A stretch of DNA of 64,000 nucleotides from Eubacteriales bacterium. Its GTDB lineage: Bacteria > Bacillota > Clostridia > Oscillospirales > CAG-272. Of the stretch, positions 61,337-64,000 are shown in pieces (positions within the stretch are counted from its first letter, which is position 1; every line of letters begins with the position of its first letter). The stretch lies in assembly GCA_034086705.1 (NCBI GenBank), contig JAXDZV010000030.1, positions 14,209-78,208 on the forward strand. Direction: 5' to 3'. Position numbers and translations under genes: made by a program. A model generated the notes under the pieces. The model was not told the origin of the DNA and did no database searches. It worked only from the letters and a program-made list of their open reading frames with translations.

Positions 61337-62749
61337 ATGAAATTCTATAACACCCTAACCCGTTCCGTGGAGCCGTTTACACCGCATTGCGCTAACATTG
61401 TAAAAATGTATACCTGCGGGCCAACTGTCTATCACTTTGCCCATATTGGGAACCTGCGCACATATATCATGGAAGATATTCTGCAAAAAGCACTGGAATA
61501 CGAGGGATACACCGTAGACAGAGCCATGAATATCACGGATGTCGGCCACCTTTCCAGTGACGGTGATACGGGCGAAGATAAAATGCTGCGCGGTGCCAAA
61601 CGCGAACACAAATCCGTGATGGAAATCGCCGCATTTTACCGGGAGGCGTTTTTCAGAGATCTCACTGCGCTGCATATCGAAATACCAAAAAAAATTGTCC
61701 CCGCCACCGCATGTATTGACGACTTTATTCGTGTTATCACCACGCTACTGAACAAAGGCTATGCCTATGAAGCAGGGGGCAATATTTATTTTGATACCTC
61801 GCGCTGTCAAGAATATAATGTTTTGACTGCACATCAAAGCGAGCAGCTGATCGTCGGTGCTCGAACAGATGTCAGCAAAGATACGAATAAGCGCAATCAG
61901 GCAGACTTTGTGTTATGGTTTACAAAATCGAAATTTGAAGATCAGGAGCTGAAATGGGATTCCCCATTCGGAGTCGGCTATCCGGGCTGGCATATTGAAT
62001 GCTCCTGTATCAGCATGCAGCAACTAGGCGAATATTTGGATATTCACTGTGGCGGTGTTGACAATATTTTTCCGCACCATACCAATGAGATTGCGCAAAG
62101 TGAGGCATATTTGGGGCATCCCTGGTGCCATTATTGGTTTCATGTGCACCATCTTAACGATGAACGCGGCAAAATGAGCAAATCCAGCGGAGAATTTCTG
62201 ACTCTGTCTCTGCTGCAAGAAAAAGGATATGACCCACTTGTATACCGTCTGTTCTGTTTGCAATCACATTACCGCAAGCCGCTCACCTTTTCCTTTGAAG
62301 CACTTGACAATGCAAAAGCAGCTTACGAACGGTTGCTTGCAAAAGTCTCGCGGCTCAGCACAAACGGCACTGCCGATGCAACCGTTGTTGCACATTGGCA
62401 TGCGGCTTTTTGTGAAACAATCGGTAATGATTTAAATACTGCCATGGCGCTGACCATGCTGTATGATGTGTTGAAAGCAGACTGTTCCGATGCAACCAAG
62501 CGGGCCGTTCTCGCAGATTTCGATCGCGTGTTGTCTTTAAATCTCTGCGCTACACAAACAGACCGCCCCGCCACATCAAATGATTCCATCGATGCGGAAG
62601 ATACACGCATTCAGGCGTTGATCGCACAGCGAGCGCAGGCAAAAAAAGATCATGATTTTGCCACTGCAGACGCGATCCGCGCTACATTGGCGGCAGAGGG
62701 CATTGCGCTGATTGACACAAAAGAAGGAACTACCTACAGGCGTTTGTAA
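61337..62749 (+). CDS. cysS: Cysteine--tRNA ligase
   Basis: Class I HIGH (HFAHIGN) and KMSKS motifs, and GWHIECS. 470 aa. Confidence 0.95.
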   Translation: MKFYNTLTRSVEPFTPHCANIVKMYTCGPTVYHFAHIGNLRTYIMEDILQKALEYEGYTVDRAMNITDVGHLSSDGDTGEDKMLRGAKREHKSVMEIAAFYREAFFRDLTALHIEIPKKIVPATACIDDFIRVITTLLNKGYAYEAGGNIYFDTSRCQEYNVLTAHQSEQLIVGARTDVSKDTNKRNQADFVLWFTKSKFEDQELKWDSPFGVGYPGWHIECSCISMQQLGEYLDIHCGGVDNIFPHHTNEIAQSEAYLGHPWCHYWFHVHHLNDERGKMSKSSGEFLTLSLLQEKGYDPLVYRLFCLQSHYRKPLTFSFEALDNAKAAYERLLAKVSRLSTNGTADATVVAHWHAAFCETIGNDLNTAMALTMLYDVLKADCSDATKRAVLADFDRVLSLNLCATQTDRPATSNDSIDAEDTRIQALIAQRAQAKKDHDFATADAIRATLAAEGIALIDTKEGTTYRRL

Positions 62750-62872
62750 GCGAAAAGCCTGCAACGGTACATGCAGCAGTGTGTGTTGGATTATCATTTT
62801 TGTTTACACCGTAGCGTGCAACGTGGACATGCTGTACTATCACAGCAATCACTTCATTTTATGGAGACATAT

Positions 62873-64000
62873 ATGAGTCGTTCCATTTTTTTGTACCAGC
62901 GTGTGCCGGTTCCTTCTGTGCTGCGCGCAGAACTCCGGCACCCTGCCGTTTCTCCAGGAATATTGCTGATCGGTGCCGTACCATGTACACAAATGGTCAC
63001 CTTTTCATTGGTAATGTCAACCGGTGTTGCAGCAGTACATGTGGAATTGTTGCTACATAGAGACGATGACGGCGCAAACTTTTCATTTCCGCTGACCTGG
63101 GTACAACGAAAGCTGGACACAGAGCGATGGAGCCTGCAAATGGATCCCGTTATGCTCTGCGCCGACGGAGAAAGTGGTCTGTTTTTTTACCACTACCGAA
63201 TTCAAACACCCTACGGAGCCTATTTCTGCGGTCTCCGCCGCGGTACGCCCGACCCGGTTTTAGTGCAAGACCCTGCGCAAACGGACGCCTTTTATTTGAC
63301 TGTTTTCCAAAAAGAATTTACCGTGCCGACCTGGATGTATGGCGCAACACTGTATCAAATTTTCCCGGATCGGTTTGCACGCAGTGGTATCTGCAAAGAT
63401 GCACCTACCGGGCTGCCGCCCGTCCGTCCGGCCGACAAGCCGAATGCGCTGCTGCACCAGAACTGGGATGCCCCCATCGAGCAATTTGGGGAGCATTGCA
63501 CAGACTTTGTTCGAAACGATGAGTTTTTCGGCGGAACACTGCGCGGTATCACAGAAAAGCTCACATATTTACAATCACTGGGAGTCACTTGTCTTTATCT
63601 GTGCCCCATTTTTTCCTCCGTTACAAACCATCGCTATGACACAGCAGATTATGAACAAATTGATTCCCTGCTTGGCACAGAAAAAGACTTTCAAACTCTC
63701 GCCTCCCAGGCACATGCGCGCGGCATTCGGATTATTTTAGACGGTGTTTTCGACCATACCGGTGCAAACAGCCGTTATTTCAATCGCAACGGGCGATTTG
63801 CTGTGCCTGGCGCCTTTCAAAGTCAAGCATCTCCATACCGCTCTTGGTACCGGTTTCAACACTGGCCCGATGTATACGATTGCTGGTGGGGTGTAGATGA
63901 GATGCCACAATTAGATACCACACAGCCTGCACTGCGCGATTATTTTTGCGCCGAAAACGGCATCGTTCGCCGGTGGCTCGCAGCCGGTGCAGACGGTTGG
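62873..64000 (+). CDS. GH13 alpha-amylase-family enzyme (neopullulanase/cyclomaltodextrinase-like), 3' end outside window
   Basis: My own translation of the open frame gives IFPDRF..., FFGGTLRGITEKLTYLQSLGVTCLYLCPIF, NHRYDTADY, GIRIILDGVFDHTG and ADGW at the window edge. The start is ATG 62873 or 62861. Confidence 0.85.
   Translation, partial: MSRSIFLYQRVPVPSVLRAELRHPAVSPGILLIGAVPCTQMVTFSLVMSTGVAAVHVELLLHRDDDGANFSFPLTWVQRKLDTERWSLQMDPVMLCADGESGLFFYHYRIQTPYGAYFCGLRRGTPDPVLVQDPAQTDAFYLTVFQKEFTVPTWMYGATLYQIFPDRFARSGICKDAPTGLPPVRPADKPNALLHQNWDAPIEQFGEHCTDFVRNDEFFGGTLRGITEKLTYLQSLGVTCLYLCPIFSSVTNHRYDTADYEQIDSLLGTEKDFQTLASQAHARGIRIILDGVFDHTGANSRYFNRNGRFAVPGAFQSQASPYRSWYRFQHWPDVYDCWWGVDEMPQLDTTQPALRDYFCAENGIVRRWLAAGADGW

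Overview
The window reads as a core-chromosome segment of an anaerobic, probably spore-forming Clostridia-type Firmicute; the taxon is inferred from gene content only. About 58 protein genes are supported. I found no rRNA, tRNA, CRISPR array, transposase, integrase or phage genes. Left to right: a pseudouridine synthase and a DUF3810 protein; a Bacillus-type glycogen operon glgB-C-D-A-P; nrdG; then an NrdR-box promoter region, class III RNR nrdD, a thioredoxin-reductase-like gene and a Gfo/Idh/MocA oxidoreductase. On the minus strand sits a complete F1Fo ATP synthase operon, atpI-B-E-F-H-A-G-D-C. Next come an orphan rhaD and a small envelope or sporulation-like accessory cluster (Amidase_6, DUF3048 lipoprotein, PepSY/YpeB-like, TPR, DUF4037, DUF4015-like). 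A roughly 17 kb minus-strand gene train follows: ftsK, tmk, DJ-1, 5-FCL, CPBP-like, mltG, lspA, rluD, HAD, lrp, an aminotransferase, DUF362, ispE, U32, pgk, tpiA. The rest holds a split TSUP transporter, an LtaS-like sulfatase, a radical SAM gene, a MinD-like ATPase with a degenerate methylglyoxal-synthase-like gene, mtnA plus an aminotransferase, tcdA, an Rrf2-rubrerythrin-BFD-rubredoxin operon, an M14 peptidase, cysS and a 3'-truncated GH13 gene. No clear-cut novel defence or mobile system is visible. The most interesting leads are (1) NrdD fused to a glutaredoxin-like domain, next to a TrxR-like gene that has lost its NADPH motif; (2) the MinD-like plus catalytically dead MGS-like pair; (3) a Na+-type two-carboxylate c-subunit with a truncated epsilon subunit; (4) promoter-then-terminator leaders upstream of nrdD and the DUF3048 gene. 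All product calls come from motif and family recognition by eye; no database search was run.
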